A DNA stretch of 54,104 nt from an uncultured Gammaproteobacteria bacterium (GCA_964408485.1 CAYOZJ010000006.1:1-54104), one strand, 5' to 3'. Counted from the first letter of the stretch, positions 27,878-37,750 are shown. A program made the numbers and translations. The notes: generated by a model not told the origin, from the letters alone.

Positions 27878-28681
27878 ATGACAGAAGCCATTTCGGTTAA
27901 AAACTTAACGAAAAAATTCAAAGATTTTACTGCTGTAGATGATATTTCCTTCTCTGTAGACAAAGGTGAAATATTTGCATTTTTAGGACCAAATGGTGCA
28001 GGAAAATCAACGACAATAAAAATGCTTACAACACTCCTTTTGCCAACATCAGGTCACATACTGCTTAACGATAATAATCCGCTAACGCAAAAAGATAATG
28101 CCCGCAAATCATTTGGTATTGTCTTTCAAGACCCAAGCCTTGATGATGATTTAACAACGCTTGAAAATATGCAACTTCATGCTGCGCTCTACAGTGTCCC
28201 GCGGAATATACGAGGAAAAAGAATACAGGAGTTGCTAGAATTTGTTGAATTGTGGGATAGAAAGAATAGTCTGGTTAAGACATTTTCCGGAGGAATGAAA
28301 AGACGTCTTGAGATTGCCAGAGGCTTACTGCATCACCCAAAAATTTTATTTTTAGACGAGCCAACATTAGGGCTTGACCCCCAAACAAGAAATCACATGT
28401 GGCAATATATTAAACGAGTTAACAAAGAGGAAGGAATGACCGTATTTTTTACTACGCACTATATGGAAGAAGCAGAAAAAATTGCAAACCGAATTGCCAT
28501 TATTGATCACGGAAAAATTATTGCACTGGGAAGTCCAGAAAAATTACGAAAAGATACAAAAACCACTACACTTGAAGATGCTTTTCTTGCATTAACAGGT
28601 AATGCAATTCGAGATGAAGAGGCAACTGGCGCAGATAGAATGAGACAAATGCGAAGTGCATGGAGAGGGGGAAAACGCTAA
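27878..28681 (+). CDS. ABC ATP-binding protein (DrrA-like)
   Basis: GPNGAGKST, FSGGMKRRLEIARGL, FLDEPT; TATAAT 9 nt before ATG 27878. Confidence 0.93.
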   Translation: MTEAISVKNLTKKFKDFTAVDDISFSVDKGEIFAFLGPNGAGKSTTIKMLTTLLLPTSGHILLNDNNPLTQKDNARKSFGIVFQDPSLDDDLTTLENMQLHAALYSVPRNIRGKRIQELLEFVELWDRKNSLVKTFSGGMKRRLEIARGLLHHPKILFLDEPTLGLDPQTRNHMWQYIKRVNKEEGMTVFFTTHYMEEAEKIANRIAIIDHGKIIALGSPEKLRKDTKTTTLEDAFLALTGNAIRDEEATGADRMRQMRSAWRGGKR

Positions 28682-28682
28682 T

Positions 28683-28706
28683 CCGTTCGGCAAGCTCAGG
28701 ATAAAT
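28683..28706. repeat. short fragment of a CTTCGACAAGCTCAGGAT-type palindromic repeat
   Basis: CCGTTCGGCAAGCTCAGGATAAAT fills the 25-nt intergenic gap; family resemblance from memory only. Confidence 0.45.
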
Positions 28707-29453
28707 ATGGAAACAGTATATGCGCTTTGGCTTCGCCAAGTTAAAAAATATTTCAGGTCACGGTCTCGTATTATTGGCTCTTTGGGTCAACCGCTTCTTT
28801 TTCTTATCGCGTTTGGATTCGGATTTGGCAGTATTTATCAACGTGCAGGAGGAGGCAATTATATCCAATTTCTCGCGCCAGGTATTATTCTGATGAGTGT
28901 GTTATTTACTGCAATTTTTTCAGGAATTGAAATTATTTGGGATAGACAGTTTGGATTTTTAAAAGAAACAATGGTTGCGCCAGTGCCCCGCATTCTTATT
29001 ATGCTTGGCAGAACGCTTGGTGGTGCAACAGTTGCAACAATTCAGGGAGTTATTGTTTTTATTCTTACGCTTTTTATCGGTTTTCGGCCTGAAAATCTTT
29101 TTGCGCTCCCCATAGCATTCGTTGTTGTTTTTTTGGTTGCACTTCTTTTTACAACAATTGGTACTGCTTTAGCATCAACACTTGAAGATATGCAAGGATT
29201 TCAACTTATTATGAATTTTCTTGTGATGCCTACATTTTTCTTGTCAGGTGCACTATTTCCCCTACAAGGGTTACCAAAAATAATGCAATTTGTTACTCGA
29301 ATTGATCCGATGACGTATGGCGTTGATGGAATGCGGGCTGCACTTATTGGTGTCAGTGCATTTGGCATTTTTTCAGACATTGCTATACTGATTACGCTTA
29401 TTGTTATTTTTCTGGGGATTGGAAGTTATTTGTTTGAGAGGATACAGGTTTAA
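28707..29453 (+). CDS. ABC-2 type permease (DrrB-like)
   Basis: YIQFLAPGI, DRQFGFLKE..VAP, FFLSGALFP, DPMTYGVD. Confidence 0.93.
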   Translation: METVYALWLRQVKKYFRSRSRIIGSLGQPLLFLIAFGFGFGSIYQRAGGGNYIQFLAPGIILMSVLFTAIFSGIEIIWDRQFGFLKETMVAPVPRILIMLGRTLGGATVATIQGVIVFILTLFIGFRPENLFALPIAFVVVFLVALLFTTIGTALASTLEDMQGFQLIMNFLVMPTFFLSGALFPLQGLPKIMQFVTRIDPMTYGVDGMRAALIGVSAFGIFSDIAILITLIVIFLGIGSYLFERIQV

Positions 29454-29827
29454 GTTTCTTTATAAATAACGAGTGCTGCGGCAACAAGAACAACATTTTT
29501 TGCAACGAATTCCCCGTATACTGTTGGTAAAAAAATATTGCTATTTGTAAAATAAATTCCTGGATGCATAATAAGTCCCGAAAAAATTCCTCCCATGTGG
29601 AGGATAAGACAAATAACGCTAAATTTTCTGACCCGTGGAACAAGAAGTCCAATGCCAATAAGTATTTCTGCAATTCCTAATACATGAAGGGTTAATGGTT
29701 GTGGAAGTGTCGGAAAGCTGCTTTGAATAAGCTGAAGGACAGGGCTAATGCTAAAAATTTTGAGTATCCCAAACCATACATACACAAAACTCAAAGAGAG
29801 CGTAAGGAGTATATGAGCTTTTTTCAT
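29450..29827 (-). CDS. DoxX family membrane protein
   Basis: VYVWFGILK, LGIAEILIG, GEFVAKNVVL. Confidence 0.8.
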   Translation of the reverse strand: MKKAHILLTLSLSFVYVWFGILKIFSISPVLQLIQSSFPTLPQPLTLHVLGIAEILIGIGLLVPRVRKFSVICLILHMGGIFSGLIMHPGIYFTNSNIFLPTVYGEFVAKNVVLVAAALVIYKET

Positions 29828-29828
29828 A

Positions 29829-30398
29829 TTATTTGTACTCTTCTTTTACATCGTTACCAAATTCTTTAAGAAGTTTTTTGACTTTCGGATCTATAATAAT
29901 CTGGCAGTACGGAACATCTCTATTCCTATCATAAAAATTTTGATGATGTGCATCGGCAGGGAAAAACGCAGTAAATGGAATAATTTCCGTAACAAGGGGA
30001 TTTTTATATTTCCCTGAATCATCTAAATCTTTTTTTATCTTCTCTGCTATCTTTTTCTGCTCATCAGTGTGATAAAAAATGACAGAACGATACTGTGTTC
30101 CCCTATCATATCCTTGTTGATTAAGTGTGGTTGGATCGTGAGTTGCAAAGAAGATGGTAACCAGAGTTTCGTAGGAAATTATATGAGGGTCAAACATCAC
30201 TTGAATTGACTCAGCATGTCCTGTTATGCCGCTTACGACATCGTAGTAGTCTGGATTTTCTTTCTTCCCACCAGAGAACCCGCTCATTACCGACATAACG
30301 CCTTTCAGTCGTTTGAAAATTGCTTCGGTACACCAGAAGCAGCCGTTGGCAAACGTTGCTGTCTGCAAATCCATTGACTTTTGACTCATGCCGTCCAT
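29829..30398 (-). CDS. msrA: peptide methionine sulfoxide reductase A
   Basis: GCFWC, GHAESIQV.FDP, HDPTTLNQQG.D.GTQYRS, HQNFY. Confidence 0.96.
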   Translation of the reverse strand: MDGMSQKSMDLQTATFANGCFWCTEAIFKRLKGVMSVMSGFSGGKKENPDYYDVVSGITGHAESIQVMFDPHIISYETLVTIFFATHDPTTLNQQGYDRGTQYRSVIFYHTDEQKKIAEKIKKDLDDSGKYKNPLVTEIIPFTAFFPADAHHQNFYDRNRDVPYCQIIIDPKVKKLLKEFGNDVKEEYK

Positions 30399-30462
30399 AC
30401 TATTTAGTATAGCATGTTATTGTTTTCATGCGCATTTTAGGGTAAAATAGATTCTTCGTTCT

Positions 30463-32211
30463 ATGTCAACAAATACAAAACCAGTCCACGTCAAGCTTAA
30501 TCAATGGTTTGCAACGGCAATTTGTGGTAATGACATTTTAAGCTCAACATTCTATGTCTCGGGTATTTCTATAGCCTTTGCAGGAGTATTTGCACCACTT
30601 GTCCTTCTTTTTATTGGTGTTGTACTTTTTCTTTATAAGTCAGTTTACACAGAAGTTGTTGAAGCGCTTCCAACGAATGGCGGTGCATATAACTGCCTTC
30701 TTAATGCATCGTCTAAGACATTTGCGTCCGTTGCAGGGACTATGACGCTTCTTTCGTATGTTGCAACAGCAGTTATCTCAGGCAAAACAGCGATTGAGTA
30801 TCTTTATTCAGCAATTCAAATTCCCGTTATTCCAGTAACAATCGTCTTACTCCTTGCATTTGCGCTTCTTGTTATTTCCGGTATTAAAGACTCAGCAAAA
30901 GTTGCATTGGGAATTTTTCTATTCCACATTCTTGTTTTGACAGCATTTGTTGGAATGGGTGCATGGAATTTTCTGAGTGGAGGTCAATCGCATTTTATGC
31001 AAAATATTGTAAGTACAAAGGCGCTTATCGCAAGTATTGGTGGTCTTGTACCTGCACTTTTCTTTGGATTTTCAACATCGCTTCTTGGTGTATCAGGATA
31101 TGAGTCCTCTGCTAATTTTGTTGAAGAGCAAGCACCAGGGGTTTTTCGCAAAACGCTTCGCAATATGCTTATTGGCGTTGCTATTTTTAACCCACTCACT
31201 GCATTTGTTGCATTAAATGTTATGCCATTTGATGCAATTATTAAGTCAAAGGACTTTCTGCTTTCCGATGTTGCTCGCATGATGGGTGGAACCATATTTC
31301 AATATATTGTTGTTGCAGATGCATTTCTTGTTTTGGCGGGAGCAGTACTCACCGCATTTGTCGGAGTCAGTGGACTTATCTATCGCATGACAACTGATGG
31401 ATGCTTCCCTAATTTCTTGTCCTATGAAAATAAAAAAGGGTCGTATCCATATATTATTATTTTCTTTTTTCTGTTATGCACATCGATTCTTCTTATTACA
31501 AAAGGGGATCTCCTTTCATTAGCAGGTGTCTATACGATTGCATTCTTGTCTGTTATGAGTTTGTTTGCATTGGGAAATTTAATCATGAGGGAAACTCGTA
31601 CCGAGCTGAAGCGTACTTATCATGCACCGCTTATCTTTGTACTCTTAGCATTTGCAGCAACAGTTGCCGGAGTATTTGGCAATATTCGTATTCAGCCCCA
31701 AAATATTGAATATTTTGCTATTTATTTTGTTCCAACCATTACAGCGGTATTTATTTTTCTTCGTCTTGATTGGTTTTTACAATTTATACTTCGATTTACA
31801 AAATATCTTCGCAAAATCGATGATATTGTATTGCAGCACTTTGAAGACATTACCAGTGGAACATTTGTTGTATTTATTCGCCATATTGATAGACTCTATC
31901 CAATTCTAGAATATATCAATAATAATGAGACAGGAAGAAATATTATTCTTATCCACTGTAGTAATGAAAAAGTGCAAGATGATAAGAGTCTTGCAGAACT
32001 GCGAGAAGTTATCCCAACTTTACAAAAGGCAGGAGCATTTGCTCATTTTAATATCCGAGTTTTGCATAGATCAGAGCAGTTTGGCCCCGAGCTTATTGAT
32101 AAAGTTTCAAAGGAGCTAAAAATTAGAAAGAATAGAATTCTTATCGGATCAATTCACGAAGAACATCCGTTTGATTATGCAGAATTAGGCGGTGTTAGGA
32201 TTATCTTCTAA
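30463..32211 (+). CDS. APC family amino acid permease
   Basis: ATAICGNDILSS.FY, EVVEALP.NGGAYN, GYESSANFVEE; C-terminal soluble domain. Confidence 0.9.
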   Translation: MSTNTKPVHVKLNQWFATAICGNDILSSTFYVSGISIAFAGVFAPLVLLFIGVVLFLYKSVYTEVVEALPTNGGAYNCLLNASSKTFASVAGTMTLLSYVATAVISGKTAIEYLYSAIQIPVIPVTIVLLLAFALLVISGIKDSAKVALGIFLFHILVLTAFVGMGAWNFLSGGQSHFMQNIVSTKALIASIGGLVPALFFGFSTSLLGVSGYESSANFVEEQAPGVFRKTLRNMLIGVAIFNPLTAFVALNVMPFDAIIKSKDFLLSDVARMMGGTIFQYIVVADAFLVLAGAVLTAFVGVSGLIYRMTTDGCFPNFLSYENKKGSYPYIIIFFFLLCTSILLITKGDLLSLAGVYTIAFLSVMSLFALGNLIMRETRTELKRTYHAPLIFVLLAFAATVAGVFGNIRIQPQNIEYFAIYFVPTITAVFIFLRLDWFLQFILRFTKYLRKIDDIVLQHFEDITSGTFVVFIRHIDRLYPILEYINNNETGRNIILIHCSNEKVQDDKSLAELREVIPTLQKAGAFAHFNIRVLHRSEQFGPELIDKVSKELKIRKNRILIGSIHEEHPFDYAELGGVRIIF

Positions 32212-32799
32212 GTTTTCTTTTGCGATGTCTTCATCTCGTGCACGCTTGAGTGCTGTTGCCCACCACATAAATTGTTTCATAATCACAGTAACTCGTTCAT
32301 TATAATGGCCAGCAAGTAAATTACCTTGTTGGTCGAGCGTTTTTAAAACATTCGTCATATGAATTGCGGCCTGCATAGGTACCATCTGGAGTTCAATACT
32401 GATAAGTCTCAATTGTTCGACTGCCCGCATAGCTCCACTCGTACCGGTTGCATAGCCAACAAAAAGCACAGGTTTTTTATTCCATTCCTCATAAACATAA
32501 TCAAGCGCATTCTTAAGAACTGCTGTTGGTCCATGATTATATTCTGCGGTGATAACAATAAATCCATCCTTCTCGCCAATTTTTTTTGCCCATTTTTCAG
32601 CACCCGGTGTTTGGTATCCGTTTTCTAGACTATCGGGTGAGTTGTCTTCTTCAAAAAATGGAAGAGGGTAATCACGAAGATCCAAAAGCTCAAATTCTGC
32701 CTCTTTGTAGTTGTTGAGTTGTCCCATAAGCCACTTGGCAACACGCTCACCTCGTCGTACTTTTCGTATACTCCCCAAAATAACACCAACCTTTACCAT
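32185..32799 (-). CDS. NADPH-dependent FMN reductase
   Basis: ILGSIRKVR, DLRDYPLP, AEYNHG..AVLKNALD...EWNKKP; TATAAT 6 nt before ATG 32799. Confidence 0.93.
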   Translation of the reverse strand: MVKVGVILGSIRKVRRGERVAKWLMGQLNNYKEAEFELLDLRDYPLPFFEEDNSPDSLENGYQTPGAEKWAKKIGEKDGFIVITAEYNHGPTAVLKNALDYVYEEWNKKPVLFVGYATGTSGAMRAVEQLRLISIELQMVPMQAAIHMTNVLKTLDQQGNLLAGHYNERVTVIMKQFMWWATALKRARDEDIAKENLEDNPNTA

Positions 32800-32817
32800 A
32801 TTGGTATTATACAACAT

Positions 32818-32952
32818 AAGGGGTCCTGCCACTCGTTCATTCTGCAGATGCTCGCAGGGTGGTTCCAGTAGGTACCAATTGCTGCGCGTCAGCGGGTCCC
32901 TCCTGGCTTGTCAAGCCAGCAGCCTCCTTCGCCCCGCTCGGTCCGGCCCCTT
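32818..32952. repeat. GC-rich structured element, copy A (intergenic)
   Basis: Terminal AAGGGGtCC/GGCCCCTT; core hairpin shared with 40396-40495; extra hairpin CTGGCTT-gtc-AAGCCAG. Confidence 0.8.
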
Positions 32953-32987
32953 CACTTGCATCATCCCTTTTTAGCTTTAAGTTATTA

Positions 32988-33015
32988 GAAATTTGAAATT
33001 AAAAATTAAAAATTG
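32988..33015. repeat. heptamer tandem repeat (AAATT family)
   Basis: GAAATTT GAAATTA AAAATTA AAAATTG. Confidence 0.55.
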
Positions 33016-33033
33016 TTATGCTATACTCTGCCT

Positions 33034-33498
33034 ATGGCATTTTGTGTTTTTTGTGAAATTGCAGAAAATAAATTACCTCACCATACAGTTGCGGAAGATA
33101 AAGACTTCCTAGCAATTTTGGGTATTTTTCCTAATACAAAAGGAATGACTGTTGTTTTTCCTAAAAAACATTATGGGAGTTATGTTTTTGATTTGGATGA
33201 CACCACACTTAAAAATCTCATTCTTTTTGCGAGAAAAGTTGCAAAGCAAATTGATGCAACAATACCGACAGTTATGCGAACAGGGATGGTTATTGAAGGA
33301 TTTGGAGTAGATCATGCGCATGTTAAGCTGTTTCCCCTTCATGGAAAAAAGACAAAAGAGTGGAAGCCTATTGAATCAAGTAAAGATGAATTTTACGAAG
33401 AATATCCCGGATATATTTCCTCTCATGATAGTAAGCGTGCAGATAATTCGGAATTAGCAGATCTTGCGAAGAAACTGCGCAAACATACAGAAAAATAA
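33034..33498 (+). CDS. HIT family protein (HxHxK variant)
   Basis: CVFCEI, GMTVVFPKKH, GVDHAHVKLFP. Confidence 0.88.
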   Translation: MAFCVFCEIAENKLPHHTVAEDKDFLAILGIFPNTKGMTVVFPKKHYGSYVFDLDDTTLKNLILFARKVAKQIDATIPTVMRTGMVIEGFGVDHAHVKLFPLHGKKTKEWKPIESSKDEFYEEYPGYISSHDSKRADNSELADLAKKLRKHTEK

Positions 33499-33499
33499 T

Positions 33500-34066
33500 A
33501 TGTTTGCATTTATTTTGACCGAAGTCATCGTTCTTCTAATCATTCTCTTTCTTTTTCTTATTTTGTCTGCTGTTTGGCCACCAGATAGTCCTTGGGCGCC
33601 GTGGTGGCAAATGCCAGAAGACGTAATACAGCGAATGTGTCGGATAGCAAAAATTTCAAAAAAAGATATTATCTATGATCTAGGATGCGGGACTGGGAAA
33701 GCGCTTATTTATGCAAGTAAGGAGTATAGTGCAAAAGGAGTCGGTATAGAAATAGATCCAATACGTTTTCTTCTTGCAAAGTGGAATGTGCATCGTTTTG
33801 GTCAAGGCAATACTATTTCTCTTTTTAAAAAGAACTTTTTTTCAATAGATATTTCTAAAGCAACAATTATTTTTGTCTATCTCGTTCCAGCGGCGCTAAA
33901 AAGATTAACGCCAAAATTCTTAAAAGAATTACAACCTGGGACAAAATTTTTAAGTTACGTCTATCCGATGCCAGAAGAATTATTTAAAGGAAAACTACAG
34001 CTAGTTGCTCATGATAAAGAGTTACGAATTTATTACTACCAATTATTTGCGAAGGCGAAGAAGTAA
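33500..34066 (+). CDS. membrane-anchored class I SAM-dependent methyltransferase
   Basis: TM, APW, IYDLGCGTG, GIEIDP, ELQPGT. Confidence 0.88.
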   Translation: MFAFILTEVIVLLIILFLFLILSAVWPPDSPWAPWWQMPEDVIQRMCRIAKISKKDIIYDLGCGTGKALIYASKEYSAKGVGIEIDPIRFLLAKWNVHRFGQGNTISLFKKNFFSIDISKATIIFVYLVPAALKRLTPKFLKELQPGTKFLSYVYPMPEELFKGKLQLVAHDKELRIYYYQLFAKAKK

Positions 34067-35074
34067 CCACCGTACTGTATCTGCAACTTTATATCCTTGA
34101 TAAAGCAGAGGATTAAGCACTAAATCATAACTCCCAACAAATTCAATGAGTTGTGGTCCATATCCTGATTTAAATCGATGAAATCCGTACCATGGGTCTT
34201 TTGTATCTGGATCTGGACCGAGTGATCCCCACATATCAAATACTGTTAGTTCTTGTTTTTTTCCAAACTGAATAACATCCCACATCATAAGATTACTACT
34301 CATTGATTCTCTGTTTTTACTGCTTGATGCACCGTACGGATAGTACAATGCGTTATGAAAAGTAAAAACAATCCATGTTGTTAGTGGTTGTTTCTCGTAA
34401 TACGCAACGAATAAATGTGCCTGTAAGTGGTCATTGCTTAACGCTTTACGCTTTACGCTTGACGCTTTCAATGTTTCCCACATAAGTTGGTGATATTTTT
34501 TTGTGTGAGCAAAAAAACCTTGGCGATTTGTTGTTTCTTCTGTGAGCTTAAGATATTCAGCAAATGCTGTTTCAGATATCTCTTCCTTTACAATAACCTT
34601 ATGCTTTTGTGCAACACGGATATTGTAGCGGGTTTTCTGAGACATATTTTTTAAAAGCTCGTCTTCTGATTTTGTTAAGTCGAGTTGAAATGTGTATTTG
34701 GTAAAAAGTGGATGGGCAGATGGAATAAGGTTATGCAAAGAAAGTTGCGCATGGGAGGAAGGAGTGTTGACAACATTTGGTTCGAGCTGGATAAAAATAC
34801 AATTATTTTGCTTGCCAATATTCTTCAACTCTTCAACAATTTCTTTAGAGGGCAATAGAGATTTTGGAAAATATCCAATAGTCCATGCTGTATGAGGAAT
34901 CGCATGAATGGTTAGTTGGATGACTTGAGTTAGCTTATTGTCTTCAAAAAATCCTTTTCGAATTACTTTGACCCCTGTTTTTTTACGAAACTCTCCCCAT
35001 TCATAGCTTTGTAATGGATGAGTAGCTAACTGATTAAATTCGTTTCTATTTTTTTCTGTAATATCGTGCCACAT
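34043..35074 (-). CDS. FemABX family peptidoglycan bridge aminoacyltransferase
   Basis: HPLQSYEWGEF, LDLTKSEDELL.NM.QKTRYNIR.A, YYPYGAS, FDMWG, GFHRFKSG. Confidence 0.92.
   Translation of the reverse strand: MWHDITEKNRNEFNQLATHPLQSYEWGEFRKKTGVKVIRKGFFEDNKLTQVIQLTIHAIPHTAWTIGYFPKSLLPSKEIVEELKNIGKQNNCIFIQLEPNVVNTPSSHAQLSLHNLIPSAHPLFTKYTFQLDLTKSEDELLKNMSQKTRYNIRVAQKHKVIVKEEISETAFAEYLKLTEETTNRQGFFAHTKKYHQLMWETLKASSVKRKALSNDHLQAHLFVAYYEKQPLTTWIVFTFHNALYYPYGASSSKNRESMSSNLMMWDVIQFGKKQELTVFDMWGSLGPDPDTKDPWYGFHRFKSGYGPQLIEFVGSYDLVLNPLLYQGYKVADTVRWLLLRLRK
34436..34470. repeat. in-frame heptamer tandem repeat within FemAB gene
   Basis: GCTTAAC GCTTTAC GCTTTAC GCTTGAC GCTTTCA, encoding LKASSVKRKALS on the minus strand. 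Confidence 0.7.
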
Positions 35075-35091
35075 ATAATTAGTTTACAATT

Positions 35092-35148
35092 TTCAGTTGT
35101 CTGTTGTCAGTTTGAAAAATGTAAAATGTAAAACGAAAACTGTCACAG
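35092..35148. repeat. heptamer-repeat element between uvrD and femAB
   Basis: CAGTTGT CTGTTGT CAGTTTG then AAAATGT AAAATGT AAAACG AAAACTG. Confidence 0.55.
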
Positions 35149-36978
35149 ATAATCTGGATAGTCTTCAGTACTATCTTTGAATTCAGAAGATTTAATCTGA
35201 GATTTTACAACTGTGTCGGGAAGTTCAAGAAGAAATCTAGAAATAATATTACTGGTTCTACTCCCAAAATAGAGACGCTTTCTAGTGTAAGAAAGAAATA
35301 ATTTATTCTTTGCACGGGTCATGCCAACATAACAAAGACGTCGTTCTTCTTCTAACTCATTTTTGTCCATAAGTGCTCTGCTATGTGGGAATAGTCCTTC
35401 TTCCATACCTATCATAAAAACAACCGGAAATTCGAGTCCCTTTGCGCTATGAAGTGTCATAAGGGTAACAGCATTTTTTTGTTCCCCAATTTGTTTGTCT
35501 GGCATGTACTCTTGTTCAACCAGCGCGACATTTTCTAAGAAATTTACTAAGTCAGGAAAATTAATAGCAACAGAGCGAAGTTCTTTAATATTTTCTAAGC
35601 GTTGTCTGTCTTCTTCGTCTTCTTCATCAAGTAAGTCCAGATATCCTACAGCGCGAAGACAATTATCCAATAAATCTATTGTCACAAAATCTTTTTTTGC
35701 TAACCATTCTTCTTGGAATGTTTGGAATTTAAGAAAGCGTCCTTTTCCTAATTTTTCAACTCTCTTCAGAGATACGCTATCTTGAGGATTTAAAAATAAT
35801 CGTAAATATGAAAGAACATCTTTAATTTCTTTTCTTTCGTAGAATCTGGTTCCACCAACAAGAGCGTACGGGATTCCATGATGGAGGAGTACTTCTTCAA
35901 CAACGCGGGATTGTGCATTTGTCCGGTACAAAATGGCAATATCCGATAAATGATCTTTATGATAATTTTGAATAAATTCGACAATTCGTAAAATTTCTTC
36001 TTGCTCGTTTCTCATTTCTGTAACACTAATTTGTTCGCCAATTCCATTCTGTGTCCAAAGGGTAAGAACCGGGTGAGTTGTATTATGTTTTATAACATGA
36101 GATGCAGCGTCGAGAATAGATTGTGTCGAGCGGTAATTTTGTGACAATTCAAACACCTGTACATTTCTAAAGTCTGTTTTAAATCGCGAAAGATTTTGGA
36201 AATCAGCGCCACGCCAGGAATAAATACTTTGAGAAAAATCTCCCACAACGCAGACATTTTGTCGATCACCTGCTAAAAGCTTTGTGAGCTTATACTGCAC
36301 CTTATTTGTATCCTGATATTCATCAATAAGAAGATACTGAAATTGTTCTTGATATTTTTTAAGAATATCTGGCCTATTCTTAAAAAGCGTTACCACTTCC
36401 AAAAGAAGATCATCAAAGTCAAATGCATTATTTGATTTAAGTAATTTTTGATATGCGCTATACACAATAGCAACAACTTGTTGAAAGCTCCCTCTTGCAA
36501 GATCGCTATATTGTCCCGGGGTAATCATTTCATTCTTCGCTTGAGAGATCATTTCTAAAAGCGCACGAGGTTTGTATTCTTTAATAGATAAACGCAGAAG
36601 TTCCATAACTTGCTTGAGGGCATCTTCTTGGTCAGAGGTATCGTAAATGACAAAATTACTATCCATACCCACATTTCGTGCCTCTTTACGCAGAATTTTT
36701 GCGCAGAGAGAATGAAATGTTGCAATAGTTGGAAGGTTGGTTACATGAAGAAGCTTTTGCATACGTTCTTTCATTTCGTTCGCTGCTTTATTGGTAAACG
36801 TAACCATAAGGATATTTTGAGCATCAATATGCTTTTGAGATAAAAGATACAGTACCCGGTAGGTCAGGACTCGCGTTTTCCCGGAGCCTGCACCTGCCAA
36901 GATAATAATCGGTCCCTCTGTTGCAACGACAGCTTTAGCCTGCTCTTTATTTAAATCCTTGAGAAGATCTAGTTCCAT
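35143..36978 (-). CDS. pcrA: UvrD/PcrA SF1 DNA helicase
   Basis: AGAGSGKT, TFTNKAA, DEYQDTN, VGDFSQSIYSWRGA, NYRST, LYRTNAQSR, TLHSAKGLEF, EERRLCYVGMTRA. Confidence 0.95.
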   Translation of the reverse strand: MELDLLKDLNKEQAKAVVATEGPIIILAGAGSGKTRVLTYRVLYLLSQKHIDAQNILMVTFTNKAANEMKERMQKLLHVTNLPTIATFHSLCAKILRKEARNVGMDSNFVIYDTSDQEDALKQVMELLRLSIKEYKPRALLEMISQAKNEMITPGQYSDLARGSFQQVVAIVYSAYQKLLKSNNAFDFDDLLLEVVTLFKNRPDILKKYQEQFQYLLIDEYQDTNKVQYKLTKLLAGDRQNVCVVGDFSQSIYSWRGADFQNLSRFKTDFRNVQVFELSQNYRSTQSILDAASHVIKHNTTHPVLTLWTQNGIGEQISVTEMRNEQEEILRIVEFIQNYHKDHLSDIAILYRTNAQSRVVEEVLLHHGIPYALVGGTRFYERKEIKDVLSYLRLFLNPQDSVSLKRVEKLGKGRFLKFQTFQEEWLAKKDFVTIDLLDNCLRAVGYLDLLDEEDEEDRQRLENIKELRSVAINFPDLVNFLENVALVEQEYMPDKQIGEQKNAVTLMTLHSAKGLEFPVVFMIGMEEGLFPHSRALMDKNELEEERRLCYVGMTRAKNKLFLSYTRKRLYFGSRTSNIISRFLLELPDTVVKSQIKSSEFKDSTEDYPDYL

Positions 36979-37087
36979 GGGTATAATGAGAAGTATACCC
37001 TTTGCAATTGAAATTGCTACGGGTATAACTTTTTCTAAACTGATTTTTCCACAATCAGTAAGAAAAAGTACACATACATTTTATCAT

Positions 37088-37750
37088 ATGCGCTCACCCA
37101 AAATTATCGCAAATTGGAAATCAAACAAGACAGTAAAAGAAACAAAAGAATGGTTTGCAGAAGCGCATTCGCTGTTATTATCCACCCCCTACACAGCAGA
37201 GGTTATTATTTGTCCACCCTTTCCGCTCCTTCCTCTTTGTCAGTCACTAATACGCGAATATAATTTAGCATGGAAATTAGGTGCACAAGATGTGTCTGCT
37301 TTTTCTGAAGGGAGACATACAGGGGAAGTAAGTGCAAGACTCTTAAAAGATTTTGTCCATTACGTCCTCATTGGTCATTCAGAAAGAAGACGGCAATTAG
37401 GTGAGTCCGATGAGTTTCTTTCCGAAAAAGTAAAGCAAGCACAAGCAAGCCTTATTGAACCATTTTACTTTGCACAGACTGTTCATACGCCAATTCCGTT
37501 GAGTGTTACTACTGTTGTCTATGAGCCGCCAGGAGCAATAAGTCCCGCGCCTCCAGAAAGAGCGGAAGACGTAGAAAAAGCAGCAACGATTCTGAGGCAG
37601 CAAAAACATATTCTGTCTGTTTTATATGGTGGAAATGTAACGCCAAGTAATATTGACTCATTCATGAGCTTGTCACATATTGATGGGATTATTGCAGGAA
37701 ATGCAAGTTTGGATCCGCAGCTTTTTACCAAGTTAGTAACATATGCGTAA
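37088..37750 (+). CDS. tpiA: triosephosphate isomerase (short, divergent)
   Basis: ANWKSN, GAQDVS, GRHTGEVSA, IGHSERR, YEP, LYGG, ASL. Confidence 0.88.
   Translation: MRSPKIIANWKSNKTVKETKEWFAEAHSLLLSTPYTAEVIICPPFPLLPLCQSLIREYNLAWKLGAQDVSAFSEGRHTGEVSARLLKDFVHYVLIGHSERRRQLGESDEFLSEKVKQAQASLIEPFYFAQTVHTPIPLSVTTVVYEPPGAISPAPPERAEDVEKAATILRQQKHILSVLYGGNVTPSNIDSFMSLSHIDGIIAGNASLDPQLFTKLVTYA

Noticed and set aside
32818-32952. SRP RNA, 6S RNA, tRNA, or the 87-aa ORF 32711-32974
   Set aside because: No SRP or tRNA consensus; a related copy lies inside a CDS, which favours a repeat; the ORF is a by-product of GC-rich sequence antisense to the FMN reductase start
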